Assembly (NCBI GenBank): GCA_013336275.1
Contig: JAAXUA010000002.1
Coordinates: forward strand, 193,904-252,171
Length of the DNA stretch: 58,268 bases
DNA from: Candidatus Falkowbacteria bacterium
Lineage (GTDB): Bacteria; Patescibacteriota; Patescibacteriia; Patescibacteriales; GWE2-39-37
Direction of reading: 5' to 3'
Part shown: piece after piece, positions 33,676-43,345 of the stretch
Position numbering within the stretch: the stretch's first letter is position 1
Layout: every line of letters begins with the position of its first letter
Made by a program: the position numbers and the translations under genes
Notes under the pieces: model-generated
What the model was told of the DNA's origin: nothing
What the model saw: only the letters and a program-made list of their open reading frames with translations
The model's database searches: none

Positions 33676-35469
33676 ATGAATACTCATAAAAAAAATAGGT
33701 TTCTGGCCTTGTCAGCGCTGCTGGTTTTCGCGCTGTCCAGCTTTGGCCTCGTTTCGCCTGCACTTGCAGCCGGCGGATCGCTATATATCGCTCCGGCCAA
33801 CGGCACTTACGTCGTCGGTGACAAGATTACGGTCACGGTTAAGGCCTATACCGGTGGCAACACCATAAACGCAGCCGAGGGCGTCCTGAATTTCGATAGG
33901 AATTTTCTGGAAGTTTCCGGCATCTCTAAGAGCGGGTCTATTTTTTCCATGTGGCCGGCTGAGCCTAGCTATTCCAACGGGGCCGGCTCTGTCAGTTTCG
34001 GTGGCGGATTGACTCCGCCAGGTTTCTCGGGGCAGTCTGGTAAGATCATTTCGGTGACTTTCAAAGCCAAAGCGGTCGGATCGACTCAAGTCAGATTTTC
34101 CTCGGGCGCCATCCTGGCCAATGACGGCAAGGGTTCCAATGTGCTCGAGACCATGGGCAGCGCCACTTTTAATATTTCAGCCAAGGATGGCGTCGTGCCG
34201 GATTCCGCCACGAAGGAGACAGCTGGCACCGGCAAACCATTGGTAGTCCAAGACCAGAAAACGGCAGTCATAACTGACGAGTACAACAAGCCGAACATAA
34301 CCTCGGCAACCCATCCGGACCAGAATACCTGGTATGCTAAGAATAATGTCGAGTTTGCTTGGGAAATGCCCGCAGGCGTGACCGGAGTCAGTTATGATTT
34401 CAATAAGGAGCTGAACTTCGATCCAAAATCAGAATCATCAGGGCTGGTTTCTTCGAAAGCTTATGATAATGTCGAAAACGGCATCTGGTATTTGCATCTC
34501 AAACTATATGACGGCAAGAAATGGGGGACTGTCGATCATTACCGCGTAATGCTTGATAATGTGCGCCCTAAGCCGTTCACGATCAGGGTAGAGCAGACTG
34601 ACGCCGGCAATTGGCCGAAACTGTATTTCAAGACCAAAGACGATATCTCCGGCGTCCAGTCGTACGAAATCTACGTTAACAGCTTGGAAGAGAATAAATA
34701 TAGCTTGACCGAGGATGAATCGCAGGAAAATCTGAACATCGAACTGTCACAGCTCGGTTACGGCGATCATACGGCACTGATCAAGGTGATAGACAAAGCC
34801 GGCAACGAGACGGTTGAAACCGTCGAATTCACCATCCAGCCGATCGAGACTCCGGTCATCAAGAATTATGCCAGAGAAATCAAGCCATCGGATCAGTTTT
34901 TCATCAACGGTACGGCGCTGGCGAATAGTCTGGTCAATATTTACATCCAGGACAGCGCGGGCAGGATTGCGGCCAAGGTCGTCCATGGCGATAAGAACGG
35001 CAATTGGTTTTATCTGAATGATTCCGGTCTGAGTAACGGACGCTATTTCGCTTGGGCTGAGGGTGAAAACATCAATGGCTTAAAGAGCGTGCCCACCCAG
35101 AAGGTCAGCTTTCTGGTGACGCCGCCGGTTTTCGCCACATTTGGATCATTCGTCATCAATTACTTCACGGTCATTACCAGCCTTCTGTTCATGATCATCC
35201 TGATCGTCGCTTTGGTCATGCTGTTGAGCGGCAAGCTGCGAAAAAAACTGAAGAAGGAGACGGTTGAAGTCGAGGATGTGCTGCATCAGAACATGTGCGG
35301 ACTGAAGCAGATGGTAGACGATGAAGTTTCACGGATCGACCAGTTCAAGCGCATCACCGAAGTCAGGAAAGAGGGCGCCAAGATGAAGCAGGCACTGAGG
35401 GAATCGATTGACACGACCGAGATGAAAATCCTGAAAGAGATAAAGGACGTAGAGGAAATCTTGAAATAA
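33676..35469 (+). CDS. Cohesin-domain protein with Ig-like domains, TM and cytoplasmic coiled coil
   Basis: LYIAPANGTYVVGDKITVTV...INAAEGVLNFD...WPAEPSYSN; ITSATHPDQNTWY; full-length paralog of 7150-8982. Confidence 0.85.
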   Translation: MNTHKKNRFLALSALLVFALSSFGLVSPALAAGGSLYIAPANGTYVVGDKITVTVKAYTGGNTINAAEGVLNFDRNFLEVSGISKSGSIFSMWPAEPSYSNGAGSVSFGGGLTPPGFSGQSGKIISVTFKAKAVGSTQVRFSSGAILANDGKGSNVLETMGSATFNISAKDGVVPDSATKETAGTGKPLVVQDQKTAVITDEYNKPNITSATHPDQNTWYAKNNVEFAWEMPAGVTGVSYDFNKELNFDPKSESSGLVSSKAYDNVENGIWYLHLKLYDGKKWGTVDHYRVMLDNVRPKPFTIRVEQTDAGNWPKLYFKTKDDISGVQSYEIYVNSLEENKYSLTEDESQENLNIELSQLGYGDHTALIKVIDKAGNETVETVEFTIQPIETPVIKNYAREIKPSDQFFINGTALANSLVNIYIQDSAGRIAAKVVHGDKNGNWFYLNDSGLSNGRYFAWAEGENINGLKSVPTQKVSFLVTPPVFATFGSFVINYFTVITSLLFMIILIVALVMLLSGKLRKKLKKETVEVEDVLHQNMCGLKQMVDDEVSRIDQFKRITEVRKEGAKMKQALRESIDTTEMKILKEIKDVEEILK

Positions 35470-35491
35470 GCATCGAACAAGATATGAAAAT

Positions 35492-35525
35492 AGCACCTTT
35501 CCATAATCCTGGAAAGGTGCTTTTA
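35492..35525 (+). terminator. Rho-independent terminator ending the surface locus
   Basis: AGCACCTTTCCA-taatcc-TGGAAAGGTGCT then TTT. Confidence 0.8.
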
Positions 35526-35539
35526 TGAATTGTCAGGGT

Positions 35540-35568
35540 TTGATTTTATCCCGGCGTAGGAGTACAAT
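35540..35568 (+). promoter_or_regulatory. Sigma70-like promoter
   Basis: TTGATT-N17-TACAAT upstream of the GT4 gene. Confidence 0.55.
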
Positions 35569-35612
35569 ATTAATAGGGATATTATTTTAATATTAGCGAT
35601 TATTGTTAAATA

Positions 35613-36791
35613 ATGACAGATAGAAAAAAACTTAACATCGCTATAGTTTGCGACCCCATAGGCGATTATAAGGCCGGGGTGCTGGTTTCGGCTTTGCGTT
35701 TCAGCAAATTATTGCAATCCAGGGGTCATAAAGTAGTCTTTATCGGCGCCAAGTCCCCTGAAAGCCCGGCCAGCGGGCCATATCAGGGGATTATGGCTTA
35801 CCGGTTCCGCAGCCTACCTTTGCCCAAGTCCGGGGGTTGGCGTTTAGCCTTTCCCACGATCAGGGAAATCAAGGATGTCTTGAAGCGCGAGCAGATCGAC
35901 GTCATGCACGTCTTTCTGCCCATGTCAGGCGCCTTGGTCTCGGTCAAGGCTGCCAGATCGCTCAAGGTAAAAATTGTCGCTCATTCACACTCGCAGCCTG
36001 AAAATCTGTTTATGGATGCTCCGAAATTCGCCCAGCCCATGCTGGCGAAAATATGGAACAGGTATCTGGCCTGGATTTACAGCAAAGCCGAGGTCGTCAT
36101 CTATCCTTCGGAGTTAGCCCGCGAACTGCTCCACCATCTTTGCCGCAAGGATAAGTCTTCGGCCGTGATAAGCAATGGCATAGACACCGATGAATACAGG
36201 CCGCAGCCGTTCGGAAACTTCCTTGAACGCAACAAGTTGCCAGCCACGTCGTCCAGGCTGCTTTTCGTAGGGCGGCTGTATCCTGAAAAATCCGTCGGTA
36301 CCTTGATCGAGGCGGTGCCGCAGATCATGGAGGAGCAGCCGGATGTCCATGTCATGATAATAGGGGAGGGGCATCAGCGACCGAAGCTGGAAAAGCTATC
36401 TAAGGAGCTTGGCGTCGCCGAAAAAATATCGTTCATGGGACTAGTCAGTGAGGAGGACAAGCTAGCGGCTTATAACGCATGTGATGTCTTCGTCCTGCCC
36501 TCATTGGCCGAACTTGAAGGCATGGTTGTTTTAGAAGCTATGGCTTGCGCCAAGCCGATCCTCATTTCCGATGCCAAGATGAGTGCTTCCCGATTCTTTG
36601 TCGATGGCAATGGCTTGCTTTTCGTCACTGGCGATCCGCAGGACCTGGCCCGTCAGGCGCTCAAACTGCTTGCTGACAAGGATTTGCGCAAGGCTATGGG
36701 TGAAAGGAGCTTGGCCATGAGCCGGGAATATGACATCCGTGAAAGCGTCAACAAGATGGAGCAGACTTATTATTCAGCCTTGGGCCTATGA
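35613..36791 (+). CDS. GT4 glycosyltransferase (diacylglycerol glucosyltransferase-like)
   Basis: HSHSQPEN, ISNGID, LLFVGRLYPEKSV, DVFVLPSLAELEGMVVLEAMAC (E-x7-E). Confidence 0.9.
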   Translation: MTDRKKLNIAIVCDPIGDYKAGVLVSALRFSKLLQSRGHKVVFIGAKSPESPASGPYQGIMAYRFRSLPLPKSGGWRLAFPTIREIKDVLKREQIDVMHVFLPMSGALVSVKAARSLKVKIVAHSHSQPENLFMDAPKFAQPMLAKIWNRYLAWIYSKAEVVIYPSELARELLHHLCRKDKSSAVISNGIDTDEYRPQPFGNFLERNKLPATSSRLLFVGRLYPEKSVGTLIEAVPQIMEEQPDVHVMIIGEGHQRPKLEKLSKELGVAEKISFMGLVSEEDKLAAYNACDVFVLPSLAELEGMVVLEAMACAKPILISDAKMSASRFFVDGNGLLFVTGDPQDLARQALKLLADKDLRKAMGERSLAMSREYDIRESVNKMEQTYYSALGL

Positions 36792-37585
36792 AAGAATATT
36801 ATCTTGAATCCAGAGGCATATATTATCGCACTAGCGAATTTGAGCCAGGGCGCAAGACACTGGTTTTCGTCCACGGCCTATCGGGCAGCTCTTCGGCCTG
36901 GCTTAAGTACGAGAGCTTATTCGAGAATGAGTATAATGTCATAACCTTCGATCTGCGTGGCCACGGCCAATCTGCCAAGCCGAAAAATTACGAAGACTAC
37001 GCCATGTCGCTATTCGCTGACGACCTTGAAGGCTTGGTCAAGCATCTCGGACTCGAGGGTTTCGTGCTGATCAGCCATTCATTCGGCACATTGATAGCAT
37101 TGGAATACCTTAGCAAGAACCAGGAATCTGTAGACAGGATAGTTTTTTTGAGCCCGGATTTTGCTGTCAAAAAAAGGCTGGTCTCGCAGCTTATTCGCCC
37201 GCTGCTTTTAGCCACGAGTCTGTTCAGGCTGATGCCGTTCAAGCCAGCCGCTGGGAAACATATTGATTATGAACGATATCCAGGGTCGGGTGACTGGAAC
37301 ATTCCGCGAATGATCGCCGATGTCGGCAATACGACCATGCGCGTCTATCTTTATTGCACGCGCCAGACCTATGTCCCGGACTGGGGGGACTTCCTCCCCA
37401 AGATCATTAAGCCGACCCTGATCATCCATGGCCGCAAGGATTCTATCTTTCCGGTCAGGAATTCATTGGTGATGGACCAGAAAATAAAAGACACCAAGCT
37501 TGTCATCCTGCCCGAGGCAGATCATATCTTGGTGCTTAATAATTTTGCGGAGGTTTCGCAAGTAATCAAGGGGTTCGTCGGCTGA
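36788..37585 (+). CDS. Alpha/beta hydrolase
   Basis: FVHGLSGS, FDLRGHG, SHSFG nucleophile, HGRKD, ADH catalytic His; ATGA overlap with the GT4 gene. Confidence 0.88.
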   Translation: MKEYYLESRGIYYRTSEFEPGRKTLVFVHGLSGSSSAWLKYESLFENEYNVITFDLRGHGQSAKPKNYEDYAMSLFADDLEGLVKHLGLEGFVLISHSFGTLIALEYLSKNQESVDRIVFLSPDFAVKKRLVSQLIRPLLLATSLFRLMPFKPAAGKHIDYERYPGSGDWNIPRMIADVGNTTMRVYLYCTRQTYVPDWGDFLPKIIKPTLIIHGRKDSIFPVRNSLVMDQKIKDTKLVILPEADHILVLNNFAEVSQVIKGFVG

Positions 37586-37589
37586 GATA

Positions 37590-38183
37590 TCAGATTTTTT
37601 CTTCGTATTTCTTGGCGAAAAGAACCATTAGTCGATAGCCGATGAACAGCAGGATGGCAATGCCAGAGGCGGCATAGCCGAACCAGTCAAGGTAGAGGCT
37701 GATACTCATATAAGCCTGGCCGAAGAAGTAGCCGATCAGCAACAGAATCAGGGTGATTGGGAAAGATCCTAGGGAGCTGTAGGCAATGAATCGTTTAAAT
37801 GGAACTCGGCTGGCTCCTGCGGCGACCAGGAAAACCGGACCGATGCCGTGGGTTATTTTGGAAATCAGGATGGTCTTGCCGCTATGCTTGCGGTAGTGGC
37901 TTTCCATGGAAGAAACTTTGCTGGCAGAGATGCCCAAGAGATGGCCCCAGCGGTCAAAAAAACGCCGTCCGCCGAAGCGCCCGAGGGCATAGTAGAGACA
38001 GTCGCCGGTGATGTCGCCCGCGACCATGATGAAGTAAGCGATATAGATATTGATAATCTGGTTAGCTCCAAAAAAGCCGGAGATTACGGTGATAATCGGG
38101 CCCTCAATGACGGCAATAGGGAAAAGCAGGGCATAAAGGGTAGTCGCCGGCAGGGTAATGAGTTTGGCAAGGGGAGTAATCAT
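37590..38183 (-). CDS. DedA family membrane protein
   Basis: IEGPIIT, GDITGDCLYYALGR, GKTILISKIT. Confidence 0.88.
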   Translation of the reverse strand: MITPLAKLITLPATTLYALLFPIAVIEGPIITVISGFFGANQIINIYIAYFIMVAGDITGDCLYYALGRFGGRRFFDRWGHLLGISASKVSSMESHYRKHSGKTILISKITHGIGPVFLVAAGASRVPFKRFIAYSSLGSFPITLILLLIGYFFGQAYMSISLYLDWFGYAASGIAILLFIGYRLMVLFAKKYEEKI

Positions 38184-38237
38184 ATAGTTTCCTTTATTCT
38201 ATCAAGAAAATCTTAATTTACACAGGGTCAGGACAAA

Positions 38238-39488
38238 ATGAAACATGACGTAGCGATTATTGGCGGAGGACCAGCAGGCCTGATGGCGGCTGGACGAGCG
38301 GGCGAACTTGGCGCGCGCGTGGTTCTGATTGAAAAGAATAATCGCGCCGGCATCAAATTGCTGGCGTCAGGCGGCAGCCGCTGCAACATCACCAACACCT
38401 CGGATGAGCCGAGGAGTATGGCGGCCAAGTACGGCAAAAACGGCAAGTTCCTTATTTCGGCCCTGCATCGCTTCAGTCCTGAATCGGTGATGGATTTTTT
38501 CGAGCGTCGGGGGGTCAAGCTCAAGACTGAGCGCGCCGGCAGGGTGTTTCCGGTCAGTGACCGTTCACAGGACGTGCTTGACGCTCTTTGGAAATACATC
38601 AGGCATCCCGGTATCGAGTTCAAAGGCGGTTCGCCGGTCAAAGACATCGTGGTTGATGGGCGGAGAATTTCCCGAGTCATTCTGGCCAACGGCCAAGCGA
38701 TCGAGGCGGACCAATATGTTGTCGCCACCGGCGGCAAATCGTATCCGGCAACCGGTTCCTCGGGTGATGGCTGGGCATGGCTCGATTCGATCGGACATCA
38801 GATAGTCCCGCCATTGCCAGGATTATCGCCTATCATCCTGGGCGGCCCGGTTGTTTCTGAATTGTCAGGCTTAAGCCTTCACGACGTAGAGATATCCGCT
38901 TATGCCGGCAAGAAACGCATCGACAAGCGCTTCGGCGATGCGATATTTACCGGTAATGGCATGAGCGGTCCGGCCATTCATGACTTGAGCAAATCGGTCA
39001 GCCAGGCGCTGCCAGGCAGCACCGAGATTTCAATCGATTTCTTTCCCGCCCTGGAGCAGTTCAGGTTCGACCATCGCTTGCAGAACGATTTCCAGATCAA
39101 TAACAATAAGCAATTCAAGAATGGGCTCTCGACCTTGCTGCCGCCGAAGATAATCCCGGTCATAATCAGGCTCTCCGGAATTGATCCGGAAAAGAGAGTC
39201 AACCAGATCACCAGGGAAGAGCGGTTGCGGCTCATCGGTTTGCTTAAGGATTTGCGTTTCAAGGTCCAGGGCGTTGCCGGATTCGACAAGGCCATAGTCA
39301 CGGTCGGTGGAGTGTCTTTGTCTGAAATAGTGCCCAAGACGATGAGGTCGACACTGGTAGAAAATCTGTATTTGGCCGGCGAGGTGTTAGATCTTGACGG
39401 TCCGACCGGAGGATATAATTTGCAGATGTGCTGGAGCACGGGTTTCGTGGCCGGTGAGAGTGCCGCTGCCGCTAGTTTGAAAATATGA
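38238..39488 (+). CDS. HI0933/BaiN/YhiN-family flavoprotein
   Basis: IIGGGPAGLMAA, KLLASGGSRCNITN, ATGGKSYPATGSSGDG, VTVGGV, GEVLDLDGPTGGYNLQ. Confidence 0.92.
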   Translation: MKHDVAIIGGGPAGLMAAGRAGELGARVVLIEKNNRAGIKLLASGGSRCNITNTSDEPRSMAAKYGKNGKFLISALHRFSPESVMDFFERRGVKLKTERAGRVFPVSDRSQDVLDALWKYIRHPGIEFKGGSPVKDIVVDGRRISRVILANGQAIEADQYVVATGGKSYPATGSSGDGWAWLDSIGHQIVPPLPGLSPIILGGPVVSELSGLSLHDVEISAYAGKKRIDKRFGDAIFTGNGMSGPAIHDLSKSVSQALPGSTEISIDFFPALEQFRFDHRLQNDFQINNNKQFKNGLSTLLPPKIIPVIIRLSGIDPEKRVNQITREERLRLIGLLKDLRFKVQGVAGFDKAIVTVGGVSLSEIVPKTMRSTLVENLYLAGEVLDLDGPTGGYNLQMCWSTGFVAGESAAAASLKI

Positions 39489-40216
39489 ACAAAGAAAAGG
39501 ATATCTACCCTGTAATCATCAATAAATATCTGGCGTTGAAAAAGATTAGCAGCCGCAAGGAAGCCGACCGGCTGCTTAAAGCCGGCAAGATTAAGGTAAA
39601 CGGCAAGCTAGCCGAACCGGGCCAGATGATCAGTTCTGCCGATGAAGTCGAGGTGGAGATTAATAAAAACTTCATCTACCTCGCCTACCATAAGCCCAAA
39701 GGCATAATTACCCACAGCCCTCAGGGCAAAGAGAAGAGTATCGCTGATATTTTCAAGGCCAAAGAGAAAGTTTTTCCCTTGGGCCGTTTGGACAAGGCTT
39801 CTTCTGGCCTGATTATCCTAACCAATGATGGCCGCATCACTGAGCGGCTGCTCAGTCCGGACGTCTGGCATGAAAAAGAGTATGAAGTCGCAGTCAACAA
39901 GAAGATTGATGAAAAAATGCTCAATCAGCTGGCTCGCGGGGTGAGACTGGATGACGGCTATCAGACTAGGCCTTGCCAAGTGAGAAAACAGGGGGAAAAG
40001 AAGTTCAGTATAATATTGACTGAAGGCAAGAAGCACCAGATCAGGCGGATGTGCCAGGCGCTGGGTTATCACGTCGATGAGCTCAAGCGGGTCAGGATCG
40101 TCAATATCAGGTTAGGGGATATAAAAATCGGAGGATCACGCGAGATAAAAGGCCAAGAGCTCGAGAAATTCCTCGGCTTGGTCGGATTACATAAGCCATT
40201 GCCAAAGGGGGTTTAA
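39485..40216 (+). CDS. RsuA/RluB/RluF-family rRNA pseudouridine synthase with S4 domain
   Basis: SRKEAD S4 domain, GRLDKASSGL (catalytic Asp), KEYEV, LTEGKKHQIRRM. Confidence 0.92.
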   Translation: MNKEKDIYPVIINKYLALKKISSRKEADRLLKAGKIKVNGKLAEPGQMISSADEVEVEINKNFIYLAYHKPKGIITHSPQGKEKSIADIFKAKEKVFPLGRLDKASSGLIILTNDGRITERLLSPDVWHEKEYEVAVNKKIDEKMLNQLARGVRLDDGYQTRPCQVRKQGEKKFSIILTEGKKHQIRRMCQALGYHVDELKRVRIVNIRLGDIKIGGSREIKGQELEKFLGLVGLHKPLPKGV

Positions 40217-40233
40217 TAAGCTAACTAAAAAGT

Positions 40234-40698
40234 ATGACAGAGCAATCGAACAGGCCAAAACGTTCGCGCGCAGATCGCATCATCTTCGGTGTTTGCGGCG
40301 GCTTGGCCAATCATTACGAGCTTGATGCGACCTTGATTCGCATCCTTTTTATCCTGCTGGCCCTGACCAACGGTGTCGGCATCGTCCTTTATCTGATTCT
40401 AGCTATCATGATGCCGCTCGAGGACGGCACGGAAGAGGGGATAAGCCGTGAGGCAAAAGCTAAAGAACTGGCGGGAGAGATCGGCCAGAAGGCTAAAGCC
40501 CTGGGTCAGGAAATGAAGGAAAACCAGACGTTGCGCTGGCGTTCAAGAAATGTGTTCGGCGGGGTGGTGGTCTTCATCGGCGTAATCATGCTTCTGGAGA
40601 GGGTCGCTCCATTCGTTTTCCACTGGGTCAATTGGGGCGTAATCTGGCCGCTTCTGATAATTTTCTTGGGCCTTTACTTGATCGCTCATAAGGATTAA
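40234..40698 (+). CDS. PspC-domain protein with LiaI/LiaF-like (DUF5668) TM tail
   Basis: RSRADRIIFGVCGGLANHY...IRILF; WPLLIIFLGL. Confidence 0.88.
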   Translation: MTEQSNRPKRSRADRIIFGVCGGLANHYELDATLIRILFILLALTNGVGIVLYLILAIMMPLEDGTEEGISREAKAKELAGEIGQKAKALGQEMKENQTLRWRSRNVFGGVVVFIGVIMLLERVAPFVFHWVNWGVIWPLLIIFLGLYLIAHKD

Positions 40699-40708
40699 GC
40701 GTAAAAAT

Positions 40709-41728
40709 ATGAATTCTAACAACAATAATGCTGCCGAGCAGCCGAAAGCGGCAGAAGAAAAGATCCGTGAAGTGCACCACCATCATTATGGCAGGCATGG
40801 TTTCAATTTCGGGCGTCTTTTGTTCGGCTTGATCGTCATCATGTTCGGCCTAGCCTTCTTGGCCAGGAACGCCGGCTGGCTGCCGTATGACATCCGCATC
40901 GATTGGTCTCTTTTTTGGCCGATCGTAGTCATTTTGATCGGGTTATCCCTGATGTCTGGTTCTGGCTGGGTCTCGGCTATCATCGGTACGATCGTGACTG
41001 TGGCTGTATTGGTCCTGATCGGCCTGATGTTCTGGAGCGGGCCGGCCAGCTTCGGGCCGACCATGATGCGCAGCCGCGGATATTGGCAGGAGCAGCGTCC
41101 GGCAATCGGTAGCGTGCCATATTCCATCAACAGGGAGGCGGAGGCTAAGCGCGCCAATATCACGCTCAGGGGCGGAGCAGGCAGGATGGTCGTCCAGGGC
41201 GGGACCGAACAGCTGATTGAAGGCAAGCTAGAATCGAACTTCACCGAAATCGCCACCAGTTCCAAAATCGCCGATGGCCGACAGGAAGCGCTAGTAGAGG
41301 CTTCTGGCCGGGGAGGCATGATGATGGGCGGCTGGAAAAATGACTTATCAGCGGTGATCACTAAGGATATCCCAGTCGAACTGACGATAGACGGAGGGGC
41401 GGCTTCGCTCGAACTCGACTTGACTCGAGTGATTGCGGAGTCGGTCAAGATCAACACCGGAGCCTCGTCGGTCGATCTATCCTTGGGGGACAAGCCGGCT
41501 TATGCCAAGATTGACATCAATGCTGGCGCAAGTTCGGTTGACATCGAGGTGCCGAAAAACGTCGGCGTAAAGGCTGTTTTGAAATCAGCCCTGACCAGCG
41601 TCGATCTTCCTGGATTCGATGAGATCGGCGACAATGTTTATGCGACTAAGGATTTTGACAAGGCAGATAAGAAAGTCGAGTTGAACCTAGAGCTGGGAGT
41701 GTCCAGCGTCAGGGTCAATCTAAAGTAA
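40709..41728 (+). CDS. LiaF-like TM protein with toast-rack/adhesin beta-solenoid domain
   Basis: FWPIVVILIGL; repeated GAGRM/GAASL/GASSV turns. Confidence 0.75.
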   Translation: MNSNNNNAAEQPKAAEEKIREVHHHHYGRHGFNFGRLLFGLIVIMFGLAFLARNAGWLPYDIRIDWSLFWPIVVILIGLSLMSGSGWVSAIIGTIVTVAVLVLIGLMFWSGPASFGPTMMRSRGYWQEQRPAIGSVPYSINREAEAKRANITLRGGAGRMVVQGGTEQLIEGKLESNFTEIATSSKIADGRQEALVEASGRGGMMMGGWKNDLSAVITKDIPVELTIDGGAASLELDLTRVIAESVKINTGASSVDLSLGDKPAYAKIDINAGASSVDIEVPKNVGVKAVLKSALTSVDLPGFDEIGDNVYATKDFDKADKKVELNLELGVSSVRVNLK

Positions 41729-41761
41729 ATCGGATCGATCCTGTTAATACTAAATTATCAC

Positions 41762-42403
41762 ATGAAAAAGAATTTATTACTGTTCGCAGCATTCGGCATC
41801 TTATTGTCCGGTTGCAACATCGTGAACACTCAACCTCGATCGACTGACGGTATCGGAAAACCGGCAGGGGACAATAATCCAGCCGTTACATCTGGCAGCA
41901 CTGTCGATTTGAGCGGAAAAAACATGTCGAGCTTATCAACTGCCATTTTCAATCAGTCAGGCGTGACTTCGTTTAACGTTTCCGGCAACCGTCTCACTGG
42001 CGCTTTGCCCTCGGAAATGGGCAAGTGGAAGGGCCTTGAATCTCTTGATGCCAGCAATAATCAGATGACCGGCATTCCGGCCGAAATCGGCCAGCTGCGC
42101 AACCTTAAGGTTATCGATTATGGCAAGAACCAGATCGATACCATGCCTAATGAAATCGCCGAACTGGCCAACCTTGAGCGTCTTTCGCTAGCAGGGAACC
42201 TGTATCGCGAAGTGCCGCAGACGCTGTTGCAGCTGCCTAAATTAGGCACGCTTGACCTGTCTGGCAACCGGATCGCTAAATTACCGGAGAATCTTCTTGG
42301 CTGGAAGAATCTGCGTGTCTTGAACCTCACTGGCAACCCTTTGGCATCATCCGAAATCGAACGAGCTCGCGGAGCATTGCCTAACACCGAAATCAATTTC
42401 TAA
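41762..42403 (+). CDS. Leucine-rich-repeat lipoprotein
   Basis: Lipobox LLSGC; LxxLxLxxNxLxxLP repeats (LESLDASNNQMTGIPAEIGQLRNL). Confidence 0.9.
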   Translation: MKKNLLLFAAFGILLSGCNIVNTQPRSTDGIGKPAGDNNPAVTSGSTVDLSGKNMSSLSTAIFNQSGVTSFNVSGNRLTGALPSEMGKWKGLESLDASNNQMTGIPAEIGQLRNLKVIDYGKNQIDTMPNEIAELANLERLSLAGNLYREVPQTLLQLPKLGTLDLSGNRIAKLPENLLGWKNLRVLNLTGNPLASSEIERARGALPNTEINF

Positions 42404-42405
42404 TC

Positions 42406-43110
42406 ATGGCGGCACCTACCAATCAAGCGTCGAAGCCGAGAATTTTCGGTGTCTATAAGCCGGTCGGTCCGACTTCGCATGATATCGTCAACCGGATTCG
42501 TCGAGTGACCGGAGAAAAGAGGGTCGGCCATGCCGGTACGCTTGATCCGCTTGCGTGCGGAGTTTTGGTCGTGGCGGTCGGCCGCGAGTCGACAAAACAG
42601 CTTCAAGCGATAGTTGAGAGCGAGAAGGAATATGTGGCGGGCGTCCGTATAGGACAGGGCAGTACCACCGACGATGCCGAGGGTGATAAGTCGGACGGAC
42701 CGATTATCGACCCGCCTTCGGTAGAAACAATAAATGAAGTTTTGCAAAAATTCGTCGGAGAGATCGAGCAAGTTCCGCCGGCCTACAGCGCGATTAAGGT
42801 CGGCGGCAAGACGGCGTACAAGATGGCTAGAAAAGGCCAGGCATTGGAGCTTAGGGCCAGGACGGTGCTCATCAAGGAAATTGAGCTGCTCGGTTGTGAG
42901 TGGCCGGAGTTGAGCATCAGGGTCGTGACCGGCCCAGGGACCTATATCCGTAGCCTGGCTCGAGATATCGGCGAAGCCTTGGGCACGAAAGCTTATATGT
43001 CTTCTCTGGAACGTACTCGTGTCGGTCAGTTCCGCAAAGAAGATGCTATTCCTGTTGAAGAGATAATGATGCTGTCCTCATCATCACTTGAAGAATATTT
43101 GAAGAACTGA
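42406..43110 (+). CDS. truB: tRNA pseudouridine(55) synthase, short form without PUA domain
   Basis: YKPVGPTSHD, VGHAGTLDP, KEY, QVPPAYSAIKVGG, GTYIRSLARDIG. Confidence 0.95.
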   Translation: MAAPTNQASKPRIFGVYKPVGPTSHDIVNRIRRVTGEKRVGHAGTLDPLACGVLVVAVGRESTKQLQAIVESEKEYVAGVRIGQGSTTDDAEGDKSDGPIIDPPSVETINEVLQKFVGEIEQVPPAYSAIKVGGKTAYKMARKGQALELRARTVLIKEIELLGCEWPELSIRVVTGPGTYIRSLARDIGEALGTKAYMSSLERTRVGQFRKEDAIPVEEIMMLSSSSLEEYLKN

Positions 43111-43123
43111 TGAGGCGCCCATT

Positions 43124-43155
43124 AAAAAATCTCGGCCTTTTGTCCGAGATTTTTT
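43124..43155. terminator. Bidirectional terminator
   Basis: AAAAAATCTCGG-N8-CCGAGATTTTTT between convergent genes. Confidence 0.85.
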
Positions 43156-43345
43156 AAGCTTCTATTTTTGCCAGGAGCCAGCTGAAGGGCTTGTATTCTT
43201 TCAGTTCCTGGACGATCTTTTTGCCGCCTTCGTCTGTTACCAGATTGAGGCCGACGACCAGAAGGATGATGCCGGGGATGATCGGCAGGATCAATCCGGC
43301 AAAACCGATCAGGATGATGAAATAGCCGAAGATTAGTCGTGCCAT
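43154..43345 (-). CDS. Small membrane protein (PGPGW-like)
   Basis: GFAGLILPIIPGIILLVVGL hairpin motif; AT-rich upstream region. Confidence 0.6.
   Translation of the reverse strand: MARLIFGYFIILIGFAGLILPIIPGIILLVVGLNLVTDEGGKKIVQELKEYKPFSWLLAKIEA

Noticed and set aside
4662-35469. Cellulosome
   Set aside because: No glycoside hydrolase catalytic domains and no multi-cohesin scaffoldin; each cohesin is single and TM-anchored.
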